Source: Pseudovirgaria hyperparasitica (taxonomy: Eukaryota). From it: a stretch of DNA of 64,000 nt. Every line of letters begins with the position of its first letter. The first letter of the stretch is position 1. The stretch lies in assembly GCA_010093815.1 (NCBI GenBank), contig ML996566.1; one strand, written 5' to 3'. Positions 38,633 through 50,340 of the stretch are shown here, piece by piece. The position numbers were made by a program, and so were the translations under genes. The notes under the pieces were generated by a model, which saw nothing but the letters and a program-made list of their open reading frames with translations, searched no databases and was not told where the DNA came from.

Positions 38633-39957
38633 TCAGGCGCCGCTCAGTCTTGTGGACCTTCGTCGCGTAGTTTCGGAACCATTGGTTGTCTCTTTCGACT
38701 TGCGCCCTTTCTTCGTCGACTCGGTCTTTGCTTCAGACTTTACTTTCTGTTTCTTTGCTGCTTTGTCGGGCGTTTCTGAACTCTTCGATGCCTTATTCGT
38801 CCTATTCGCCTGTGTAGTACTAGGTCTGTCTTCCTCCTTTTCTTGATCCTGTTCAACTTTTCGCTTTGCACCCTTTCCCTTAAGTTTTGTTTCCTTCTCA
38901 TTAGTGTCACCATCCCCATCGACGTCGCCAGCGACAGGGCCTGTCTTCTTTTGTACGCTTGGTACGACAGCAGACGTTCTTCCGCCGACCGTGAGAAACA
39001 CAATCTTCTCACCAGATGGTAATTTACCGCCATCTTTCTTTCCTTTGCCCCAACGATGCTTCATTAACCCTACATGAATCAGTAAATGCTTGCAAGTAGA
39101 CCTCGAATTTCACCTACAATTATCCGGAAATTTGCTGGAATCGGACAGTGTCTCACAAGCGATAGTACAGACATTGATGAGTGATTCGTGTAGCGTTTTG
39201 ATTTGAGGATCGGACAAGGTGTTGCTGTATTGCTCTGGATGGATGCGAGCTCCATACAGAACCTCATCGCTACAGCAGTCAGTATTTGAAAAAAGGCATA
39301 CATAGAGCACGACCTACGCAACCCAGTTGCCAACACCACTGATATTAGCCTGGTCCAGCATCAATGCTTTAACGGGCACCCTTTTACTCCTAAGCTTGGC
39401 AGTGAGCCATTCTACCGTGAGGATTTCTTTGTCAATGACCGGATCAGGTCCATTCTCTTTAAGCGGAGTAGTATTTCGCATCTTAGTGGCATCGACATCG
39501 ACGAGCCTAATGCGACCTAAGCGACGCGGATCTACAAATGCAACCTGCGTATCTTGGTCTTCTTTTAGCTCGAGTATGAACTTCCAGAACCTTGGTGGCC
39601 ACTGTTGCTCCTCATCCTTCGCAGGCTTGTAGTAGGAGCTGTCATCGTTGGAGAATTTGACCCATCCAGTCATGCCGAGATGCATCAGTGGGTGTGGAGG
39701 AGAAGACATCTCGAGCCAGAAATATTTCCCTTGTTGCCTCGCTCCGATAATCTTCTTTCCAGTCATGGCTTTTTGGAAGGCTGAAGCAGACGTGCCTACT
39801 TTGCCGTATATGATATCATCTTCTTGCACTTGGACTTTTGCTATAGTCTTGCCTAATGCATGCTTTTTTAAATAGTGTACGACGCGCGCGATCTCTCCTA
39901 TCTTCGATACGTGAGCAGAAGCGAAGATGCTGACCAAAGTTTGCTTACCTCAGGCAT
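38633..39957 (-). CDS. fpg: Formamidopyrimidine-DNA glycosylase (plant/fungal Fpg), with Lys-rich tail
   Basis: MPE|IGEI N-terminus, QQGKYFW, HLGMTGW, DPRRLGRI, H2TH motif LDQANISGVGNWVADEVLY, VGGRTS. Three GT-AG introns. Confidence 0.93.
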
Positions 39958-39993
39958 TCTGATCTCAAATAGTCTATGACAATCGAAGGAAAT

Positions 39994-40044
39994 AATTGCA
40001 ATTGTGGTGCTTGGAAGTAATTGCAATTATGGTGCTTGGAAGTA
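39994..40044. repeat. 25-bp tandem duplication immediately upstream of fpg
   Basis: TAATTGCAATTRTGGTGCTTGGAAG occurs twice in tandem. Confidence 0.85.
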
Positions 40045-40439
40045 CCAACGGGATTAGCTGTGACGTCGACGTCGGACGGTCAAAGCTCAATGCGTTTACG
40101 CGTGATCACGGGATTCTATTAAATGGATTTTATGTAATCAAAATGGCCGATCCCAATGGATGCCAAAGACGTCGTCGCATCATATGTAGACAGATGCGAG
40201 GAGTGTGAATACACATGATTCAGTGCTACTTACATCCCAATACTTTGCCTGCCGGGAAGATTATTCATTTTGAATACAGAACAGACGTCTCGCCAGCTCA
40301 TTACCTTAGCGAGTAGTCTACAACAGCCGACTGATAAGATGTTCCTGTTACATAAGAGCACGTCGGCTCCAGATATCAATGCAACAGGTTCCGCGTTGGT
40401 TTCCCATACTATAGACTTTGGCTCGAACAAAAAAACAGC

Positions 40440-41679
40440 ATGTTCGGCTTGTTCACTACTATAGCCCTGGTTTGCAGTGGCCTAGCCACTGCGCACAAGC
40501 CAGTATATGGCGAAGAAGAACCAGGTCTTATCGACAAATGGGGGACCGATGTATACTTCATTAACATCTTTAACATTCATGATGACTAACATTTTGTAGT
40601 GGGGATTCTCGGGAATATCGACCTTTGCCCATTTACCACACGTGAAATGTCTGACGCATCCCGAAACTGTGTTTGACATTGCTATCCTAGGAGCTCCATT
40701 CGACACAGCTGTATCCTATAGACCAGGAGCAAGGTTCGGACCAAAAGCGATTCGCGCCGCGTCTGGTCGTCAGACAAGCTTCAGAGGCTTCAATGCTCGT
40801 GCAGGTCTCAACCCGTATCGTTCGTGGGCTACGATGATGGATTGCGGCGACATTCCCATCACGCCATTCGATAACGTGCTGGCACTTCGTCAAATGAGCG
40901 AGGCATTTGAAGAAATGACTTTGAGGAAACCTGCTGTGGATCCCGCTTTTGCGTCTCCATATCAGCAAAAGTCAAAGATTCTTACCCTAGGAGGGGACCA
41001 TAGCATCGCACTTCCGGCCCTAAGAGCTCTTACTAAGACTTATGGCCAGCCTGTTGCTGTGGTACATTTCGATGCTCATTTGGATACTTGGGATCCAATC
41101 AAGTATCCATCAAGCTGGATCGATGCTACCGATGAAACGACGCAGTCGTTCTTCAACCATGGTAGCATGTTCTGGATGGCTGCCAAGGAAGGACTCATCG
41201 CCAACGCATCATCCGTTCACGCAGGTCTTAGGACGCGACTCTCCGGTGATGATTATATGGATTATGAAGAGGATACGGCCCAAGGCTGGGTCCAAATTTC
41301 TACGGATGATGTGGACGAGATTGGTGTCAAAGGAATCATCGACAAGATCATGAACCGTGTGGGAACTGAGATGCCGGTCTACTTGTCCATTGATATCGAC
41401 GTCATTGATCCTGGGTTGGCTCCTGGCACGGGAACCCCTGAGCCCGGTGGCTGGACCACGCGAGAGCTCATTCGTATCCTTCGTGGTATCGAAGGACTGA
41501 ATGTAGTTGGAGCCGATATCGTAGAAGTCAGCCCTGGCTACGATGGTAGCGATGAGTCTACAGCACTAGCAGCAGCTCAAGTCGGGTTTGAAGTCCTCAC
41601 TAGCATGGTTCGACGTGGTTTGATCGATCAAGCGAAAGTCCGGAAAAGCTCGAGTGTTGTAACCAAAGATGAATTGTGA
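40440..41679 (+). CDS. Ureohydrolase, agmatinase/guanidinobutyrase family, with predicted signal peptide
   Basis: Exon 1 [19 protein letters not shown]...KWGTD, intron 40551-40599, then [58 protein letters not shown] and DIVEVSP. Confidence 0.92.
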
Positions 41680-42136
41680 TTATGGTACTCCCAACACACG
41701 AATAGTGGTAGCATTTATAGCAATCACCAATCTGAAGCTATCGTACATTCTTTATCTAGTATCGAGGGAGTATAGCATGCTCATATTTTCAGAGAGTAAG
41801 ATATATTGTCTTTATGATCTGGAGGCGGAAACATCATCTAACCAGATCCTTCCTACGTGGCACTTGTTCTGGTATTTGTACTAGTACTGCCGTAGCCCGG
41901 CCGTTGGTTACTCTTACTCAAATCGCCCCGCTGTAAGTACTACTCGGGAAAACAAAGTACATAGGTATGTGCATGCCCGTGGTAGAAATGAACTCGATCC
42001 ATAGAGCTTTCTACTTATAGTATGTAGCACAATGACGTCATGATATTTTGCAAGCGTTATCCGCGCCTCTCGTTCTCTAGCTAATTCCATCCTGACCATC
42101 GTTTTTGCACGGCAGCCAATATCAACCCTCATTACC

Positions 42137-43252
42137 ATGGACTTCTTCCGCCCACATCCCTCCGCCGCATTCGAAGGCTATTACTCCAAATTCACCCTCG
42201 AATCCGGCTCCCATATCATTCTAATCTTCTGCACCGTCCGCAATGCACCCACACGGCCTCATATGCTCTCCTTTACATACATACCATACCATGCCTCTCA
42301 GAAGGATATATTCCAGCGCGAGATATGGGCGGACAACCTACACATGACTCCAATACCTTTGCCTGAACGACAAGAATTCCCATGGTTCACGAGAGCAGAT
42401 CCGTTCAAAGTTTCTATTCCCTCAATCGCCAGTCTCGCCAGCGAAACAATGGATGGTGTTGAATACGAGGTATGCGGCCGAGATCTCGACTTCAAATTTT
42501 CCGCAAAATCAGGAGGGCGCGTTCCTTGGATCCCTTCATCCCCTAATTCCACGCCTGCTGGACGCTTCGCAAGCCTCCCGCTCCCATTGCAGTGGCACGT
42601 GCACTCCCGTGCGTCGTTCTGCAGATACGAACTGACTCTCCCACCATCTGTAAAGTTGCTCCCAGAAGACCTAGCTGGCAATGCTAGAGTGCATATAGAA
42701 AAGAACTGGGGCCAGTCCTTTCCCAAGTCGCACATCTGGATCCAAGCATGGGATGAAGATACGAAGCGTGGATTCTGCTGTGCGGGAGGACGCATACTTG
42801 GGATGGAGGCGTACCTTCTGGGATATGTCAACGGGAAGGTTGGGAGTGTTAGGGAGAAACGCGGTTATGTTGTTGAAGAGAAAGCGCTGGTGGCAAATTT
42901 CCGGCCGCCCTGGACGTTAAGGGTTGGTGGATGGTCGCCATTCAACACAGTAGTTCATGATTGGGAAAACAGAACGATTTGTATGAGTGTTAGTGGGTTG
43001 AGGCAGAAAATTGTAGTGAGCGTCACGGCAAAAGAAGGGTCCTTCTTTGAACTAAGTGCACCATTTGCGGATGGGCACCGGCCAAAGTTCTTGGCGGAGA
43101 GTTTTGAAGGGACCCTTGATATTGATGTGTATGAGAGGTCGTGGTGGGGAACTTGGAGGTCGATTCAGAAGGACCGGTTCGAGGATGCCGCGGTCGAGTT
43201 TGGCGGAGAGAACTATCCTTTAAGAGGTGGTGAAGATTATAAGAGCAAATGA
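42137..43252 (+). CDS. Tocopherol-cyclase-like (VTE1-related beta-barrel) protein
   Basis: 371 aa intronless ORF with FEGYYSK near the N-terminus, PLQWHV and HIEKNWGQSFPKSHIWIQ, matching the FEGWY / EKNWG.SFP..W.W.Q motifs of tocopherol cyclases. Confidence 0.75.
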   Translation: MDFFRPHPSAAFEGYYSKFTLESGSHIILIFCTVRNAPTRPHMLSFTYIPYHASQKDIFQREIWADNLHMTPIPLPERQEFPWFTRADPFKVSIPSIASLASETMDGVEYEVCGRDLDFKFSAKSGGRVPWIPSSPNSTPAGRFASLPLPLQWHVHSRASFCRYELTLPPSVKLLPEDLAGNARVHIEKNWGQSFPKSHIWIQAWDEDTKRGFCCAGGRILGMEAYLLGYVNGKVGSVREKRGYVVEEKALVANFRPPWTLRVGGWSPFNTVVHDWENRTICMSVSGLRQKIVVSVTAKEGSFFELSAPFADGHRPKFLAESFEGTLDIDVYERSWWGTWRSIQKDRFEDAAVEFGGENYPLRGGEDYKSK

Positions 43253-43447
43253 GATAGACTAGGATAGCATCAGCAGTTTACGCGACGACGAAAAATGTTT
43301 GAAGATGCTAGCGTGAAATCAGCAGCGCAATCATAAATGTCGCTCTTACAATTAATTGCACGTTCCTCATACACACCTCTATCGATGTATAATCTCTGCT
43401 ATGTAATCCGTTGCCGTGGTTCTACTAGAGATCCGAATTATCTCGAA

Positions 43448-44848
43448 TCAGTTTAGTTTCACGCTGCATTAAGGTTAGTACAAATGTGGATAATAAGATA
43501 ATGAGACTTGCCTCCAGGGGTTTTCCGGCTCTTCGCCGTACTGTATACCCTCAATCCAATCTTTCATCCTTTGTGCAATTGGTCCTGCCTCTGTACCCTC
43601 ACTAAGACCACACTCAACAGTACTCCCTTTCCAACTTATTTTTCTGACCGGGCTTACTACCGCTGCTGTCCCAGCGCCGAACACTTCCAGCATTCTCCCC
43701 TCGTCTGCTGCTTCTGCCAGCTCTTTCATAGTACACTTCCGTTCTGTGACCTTCCATCCCTCGGGTTCCAGCCGTTCCCGAGCAATGCCCAGTACCGAAT
43801 CGCGTGTGACACCTTCGAGAATGGTGCCATCCAGGGGTGCCGTTATCAGTTCATTTTGACCCGTCTTCTTGTCCTTGAGAGCCACGAACAGGTTCATAGT
43901 GCCGACCTCTGTAATATACTCTTCTTCTCCGAACAGCCAAAGGTTCTGGTGGAATCCTCTGCTCGCAGCTTCCATTTGGGGGACAATGCATGGTGCATAG
44001 TTGGCACCAAGCTTCTTATCACCAACACCACCGGGCCAGGCTCGGACTGCATAGTCCGTAGCTTCAAGCGATACGGCCTTGAAGCCAGTCGGGTAGTAGG
44101 GACCTACAGGAGATGCAATAACGTAAAGAAGGGCAGATCCCGGAGGACCTACACCAAGTGTACGTTGTGTACCGATCATTGTGGGGCGAAGGTATAGTGA
44201 GTAACCACGAGGACTGCATATATCAGTATGAGGATCTGCATACGGACCGGGTAACCAACGATGGGATGAAACGCTCTTCCAGTTTGCAGAATTGACCGAT
44301 CAAGTCAATCAGGCTCTCTGAGTTGAACGTAGGCAATGCTATTCTTGCTGATGACTTGTTGAATCTTTCCATATTCTTGTCAGGCCGAAACAGGCGTATG
44401 TTGCCAGTTGTGTCTTTGTAAGCCTTCATCCCTTCGAAACATTCGAATGCATAGTGGAAAACGCATGTCGCAGGATCCAGTGAGAGGTTCTGGTAAGGCG
44501 TAATGCGCGGTGCTAGCCATCCTTCAGAAGCTGTCCATTCGACAGAAAGCATATGATCTATGGTAGAGTGGTCAGATGTTGGGATTCAGGAAACGTATTC
44601 ATTGCCTTGCCTGTAAAGTTACGACCAAATACAAGCTCTTCAGCGGGCAGAAGTTCCTTTGGTGTTGTAGTCTTCGTGATGGAAAGCTTTCTCGAGTCCA
44701 GCTCCGCGAGCTTTGAGGCGTTGGCAGCATCAACGTGAATGCTATATTGCCTCCGACATCGCTGCGAACTTAGTGAGCTCGAAGTTGTGTGAAAGCGACG
44801 TGATGCGGTATTGAGCGATTGTCGCAGGAGCGATATGGATTGATTCAT
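43448..44848 (-). CDS. BAT1: Branched-chain amino acid aminotransferase, mitochondrial
   Basis: Arg/Ser-rich presequence, [64 protein letters not shown]. Introns 44558-44610 (GC-AG), ~44215-44260 (GT-AG) and 43464-43511 (GC-AG). Confidence 0.95.
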
Positions 44849-45274
44849 TGCGAACTAGGACTGTCGCATCTAGGATTACTATGCGACAGGTCTTGTATTG
44901 GAGAAAACAGTCAATTGTCGGTGGGAGAAAGAAGAGTCATCCCAAGAAAGTGAATAAAATGGCCGAAACTCTTCCGACGCGATGGATGGATGCATACGCT
45001 GCAAGGTGCGGCTAACTTCTGCATTGTCGGGGCTGATAATCCGCTCATTCTCCTCTCACTCCCCGGATATTTCTGGTTAGACACGGGCGGTGTAATATTG
45101 TCGTTGTCGAGTTGCGCATCGCGACTAAGCCAGACCGGACATGCCCGCGGCGACAACGAGCAACTCTGACGTGAACATCCCTTCGCACCCTACCTCGACG
45201 ACGAATCTCCGCCTGCGTGGGCCTCCGGACCCTACGCACATCCCGCGGACGCGGTGGTGAGCACGCGACACACC

Positions 45275-48200
45275 ATGTTCTCAGCTGCCCTCAAGTCGTT
45301 CAGCTCTAATATTTCCTCAAATTACTCCTGGTCGCCGCAACCGTCATCAACAGCCGGTCCATGGAAGATACATGATGCCAAGAAGAGGACCACAGGCAAA
45401 GCTGCCTCAGTTTTCATCTTTGACAAGAAGTCTCTAGAGCCTGCTGGTGGTGGACTCAGCTCCTCTCGCTCAAATGACCGCAACCTCAAGAAGTCTCATG
45501 AGCAGGTTTTGGAAAGGTTGAAGAAAGAGGCTAGTTCGTTGGCAAGACTGAGGCACCCAAGCATTCTCGAGTTGGCCGAGCCGGTGGAGGAAACCAGAAA
45601 TGGAGGTCTAATGTTTGCGACTGAAGCCGTCACGGCTTCCCTTGCCGGCTTGCTGTCAGACAAGGACGAACAAGAGAGAGCTGGGGGTGTTGGTGGCCGA
45701 GGTAGCAGATATGTCGTTGAGGAAGCAGACGGCACCCGAAGGAGACGTGAATTGGAAATTGACGAGCTTGAAATACAAAAAGGTCTATTGCAGATCGCCA
45801 AAGGCCTTGAGTTTCTTCATGAAAGCGCAAGTCTGGTTCACTGTAATCTCACGCCAGAGGCCATATTCATAAATTCGAAAGTAGGGCAAAGCAACCATGC
45901 CTCCTCCGCGTCTTCAAGCTGATTGCCGTGACAGGGTGACTGGAAGATTTCAGGGCTTGGTTACTCCAGCCCTCCAGAGAACTCCAACGCAGCCACATCC
46001 GTGACACCGATTGCTCTGTCCGAAGTCCTGAATTATGATGCACGACTTCCACGCTGTGCCCAACTGAACCTTGACTACACGTCACCAGACTTCGTCATGG
46101 ACAACAATGTTAGCTCTGCCGCAGATATGTTCTCTCTCGGTCTCATTGTTGTAGCGCTGTATAACTCTCCACATAAAAGTCCACTCGAAACAAATGGGAG
46201 TACAACAACTTATAAACGATTGTTCAGCGCTCCATCGACCACCCCAACTCCGAATAACAGCTTCTTATCTTCGAAATCGCCGCCTAGGGATGTAGTATCT
46301 AGTCTACTGCCTCGACTCATCACGCGACGACCGGCTCAGCGGTTCTCTGCTCGGGAGATGCAACAAGCCCAATATTTTGATAACATCCTGGTGTCCACCA
46401 TTCGCTTCTTGGAGTCACTCCCGGCTAAGACGCCAAACGAAAAGTCACAATTTATGCGAGGCCTCCCTCGGATCCTGAATCAATTCCCGAAGTCAGTTCT
46501 GGAAAAGAAAATCCTTCCAGCTCTACTCGAGGAAATGAAGGATAAGGAGCTCCTCGCTCTCGTGTTGCAAAATGTGTTCAAAATGATGCCCCTCATGTCG
46601 AACGGCAAGAGAGCATTTGTAGACCAGGTTACTCCAAAGTTACGAGAAACATTTATAATTGTAGCCAAGAAGGGTACCCCTGCCCCGGAAAAGGACAGTC
46701 TTAGAGATGCAGGACTTATGGTACTCTTGGAGAATATGCAGGTCGTCGCGGACAATACGACCGGGAAAGAATTTAAAGATGGTAAGTTCCTTTGTGTTTC
46801 ACGCACAACATGAGCTAATGGCTATAGATATTCTTCCTATCATACAGCAGTCACTTGAATCGACTACACACTCACTTGTCGATGCATCGTTGAAGACGCT
46901 GTCTGTCATCTTACCAGCCTTGGACTTCTCGACCATCAAGAATGACCTGTTTCCTGTGATTGCCAATGTATTCAGCAAAACTAGCAGTATGGGTATCAAG
47001 ATCCGCGGTCTCGAGGCATTCCAGACCCTGTGCGGCGGCACACCAAATGCAGTTGAGCCTGAAGATGACTTGAATGGCTTCACTGAGAAGAAAAAAGGGA
47101 AGCAAAACACTTCTTGCATTCTAGACAAATATACGATTCAAGAGAAAGTGGTTCCACTCATGAAGGGCATCAAGACTAAAGAACCAGCAGTCATGGTTAG
47201 TAGATTTTTACTCATTTTTATACCTGCTTAGCGCACTTTGCTTCAACTTATCTTACTGATCCGCGTATAGATGGCCGCTCTCGATGTATTCAAGGAAGTC
47301 GGCAAGATTGCTGACTCCGATTACTTGGCAATGGATGTCCTGCCCATATTATGGACATTTTCACTGGGCCCGCTTCTCAACCTTCAACAGTTCCAAGCTT
47401 TCATAGCTTTAATCAAGTCACTTTCGAACAAGATCGAACAAGAACAGACCCGGAAACTCCAAGAGCTCTCGGCGAGTAACTCATCTCCAGCAGCGGTGCG
47501 GAATGACTTTATGAGTTTTGGCGCAGTGGGAAGTGCGAATGGATTAAACAGTCCTACGAACGGTGATGAAGGCGACTTTGAGACACTTGTCACAGGCCGA
47601 AAAGGCGGAAGTGCTTCAGATGTGTTTGGCGAACAATGGGGTTCTGGTAGTGCTTCGACAACACTACCTTCTCGTCCATCGGTCGGCTCACGTACCCAAA
47701 GCCAAGGCGCAGCAGCATCATTTTCATGGTCCTCACCTTCACCCGCTCCAGTTCCTCAAGCACCCCAGTCGTACAACCTTCAGCCCGCTCCTCCAACATC
47801 CCGAACAATTACTCCAGATCACACCATGGGCTCTTTCACTCCACTGCAGCCAAGTAACCTCGCCCCAAGCTTCTCTCAACCACTTCAACCTTCACGCCCC
47901 GGAGCTCCGAGTATGGGGGTTCTCTCACCAACAACTTCCACAATGTCGCCTACGCCATCGCAAGGGAGGGCTGTAGACTGGTCTGCTGCTTCTAATGCAC
48001 CCAACATGTGGTCAAACTCGACCAACGTGCGACAGAGCCATATAGTGCCTTCATCCACATCAAATGCATCCTTCTCTATTGCTCCTCCACCCGCAAGCCC
48101 TTACTCCAACTTCAACATCGCGCCGCCTCCAAGCAACAATAGACAGACAAGCTACCAGGGGAGTATAGGACCAATCCGCAATAATGCTAGCATTGGTATG

Positions 48201-48353
48201 GACACTACGCATAGCATGGGTATGGTATCGAATGCCGGACCTGGAAGAGGAAGCATGGGAACTGTTGTGCAACCACAACCCCTACAGCAGCAGACACCCG
48301 GTGTACAGCCAGGGCAGAAGCAAGGAATAGACAAGTATGAAAGTCTATTGTAA
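45275..48353 (+). CDS. SCY1: SCY1-like (SCYL2-type) pseudokinase with HEAT repeats and low-complexity tail
   Basis: EASSLARLRHPSILEL, EIQKGLLQIAKGLEFLH, VHCNLTPEAIFIN, GDWKISG and LDYTSPD, then a HEAT-like region and C-terminal GIDKYESLL. Three introns. Confidence 0.9.
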
Positions 48354-48883
48354 AACGAAGTTGTGGATAATGATAAGCATCCGCCGCCTCAATCTTATGA
48401 TACCCTTGGCATAGCATTTCAGAGGGCTCTACATTGCGAACATGAATACCAGACCAGTGTAAGCAGGACTTTACTTGAGTGTTATTTTTCCATGCGAATA
48501 CCTGATGGCCCATTCCCATTGTACGATAGGTAGCGCGACTTGGGTGGTATATAGATGTACCAACCTGAGGACAGCCACTGACTTTCAATAAATAATACTA
48601 CACGTTTTGTGTACATAACATTATGCTTGGTCCGACACGTTTGATTGGCTATAACCCTACATCGTGCCGCATCTTACAGGCTTACTAACGCGCAAGCGGG
48701 AGCCCAAGCTTCCAGGAGCAGACGGTACCGCACACACAGCCCTGGAGAGCTCCCAAGTCCCAACGTCCATTGCATCACCTATTACCATCGCAACCCACAT
48801 TCGCGCGCGCCAATTCTCTCGTGTCGCTCTGTCACTCCTGCATTCGCCTTACTACACTCGCTGCTCACTACCTGGCCGCCTCA

Positions 48884-49979
48884 ATGCTTGCCCGCGGCCT
48901 TCTCGGCCGTCGTGTGACGCTTTGCGTACCCAAAACAACAACAAACAATGCTGCGTACAGCGCGATTAGCTTCCAGTCTGTCAATCAGGCACGCTTCATT
49001 CTTGCTGTCCGGAATGCATTGAAACTCTGCTCTCCATCCCTGGCGCGCTCCTTCGCAACCAAGCAAATTACCAAGAAGCCTGCTGCCAAAAAGACCACGA
49101 CCGCCAAAAAGCCGGCGGCTAAGAAGAAGGCTGCCCCCAAAAAGAAGACTGCCTCGAAGAAGAAGAAGCCAGCAGCAAAGAGGAAGGTCGGAAAGAAAGT
49201 AAAGAAGACCAAGAAAGCTCCTAAGGTCTTGACGGACGAGCAGAAGACGGCAGCTGCAGCGAAGAAACAGCGGGAGAGGGTAAAGACACTGAAAGCTGAG
49301 GCCCTGGAGCCACCCAAGGGCAAGCCATCGACCGTTTGGCAGCTCATTATCCAGGAGCATACGGCAGGGAAGACTGGAGTTGCTTTCGTGAAATTGGTAG
49401 AGGAGGCGAAGGCCAAGTACAATGGCCTCTCGCCCTCAGAGAGGGAGGTAAGTACATTGCTTGTAGAGAACCATATTGAACCACATCGCTGATCACTCCC
49501 AACAGGCGTACAACCACACCGTCAACCAGAACAAGGCGGACAATACCGCAGCGTACGAGAAATGGGTCAAGAGTTACACTCCGGAGCAAATCCGCATTGC
49601 CAATGCAGCGCGAAGCAGTCTTCGTCGTCTTGCAAAGGCAAGCAAGAAGCCTGTTTCATATCGCTTGATACACGATGAACGTGCCCCGAAGCGCCCTGCG
49701 ACCTCCTACACGTCCTTTGCTACGGACCGATATTCCTCTGGAGACTTCACCGCCATTCCAATGACCGAGGCTGGTAAGCTGATGGGCGAAGAATGGCGTG
49801 CACTGAACGCTTCCGAGAAACAGGTATGACATTGCTATCCATAACGTCGAAGCTCAAACAGCTAATTCGATTTTATTTAGAAATACGAGGCACGCGCAGA
49901 AGCCCAGAAACAGGCGTATTACAAATCTTTCAAGAGCACCTTCGGTCACGACGCTCCTTCAGTGGCCAAAGCCGCGTGA
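48884..49979 (+). CDS. Mitochondrial two-HMG-box protein (Abf2/TFAM-like) with Lys/Ala-rich segment
   Basis: Basic presequence MLARGLLGRR, K/A-rich repeats, EPPKGKPSTVW, YEKWVKSYTPEQIRIAN, DERAPKRPATSY, GEEWRALNASEK. Two introns (~49448-49505, ~49824-49880). Confidence 0.85.
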
Positions 49980-50340
49980 AGATGGGAATCCTTCTCCTAG
50001 ACTTGTGTAGCCTTGATGGCCCTGCTAGATGAACCGTCCTGTCAATACCATTTCCTTGCGCTTCTGTTCGTGTACAAGGGTAGTATTCCGGCGCGGCAGG
50101 CTCTGGTATCTTTGGTGGTATTCTCCTAACGTCGTGCGATACATGTATGTGTTGGAACCAGGCGCAAAGATGCACTGTATATTTTTTGGGGGGGGGGGGA
50201 AATCGCTACGATGTGGAGACTACGAACGTACTGCCTTGTTTCGTCTGTTCAGTTAAGACCCGTGTTATCGTACGTTCAATATTGACCTGCTACCAAATAC
50301 AACCCGCCACGTAATATCCATGGTACTACTCTGCCCTTCT

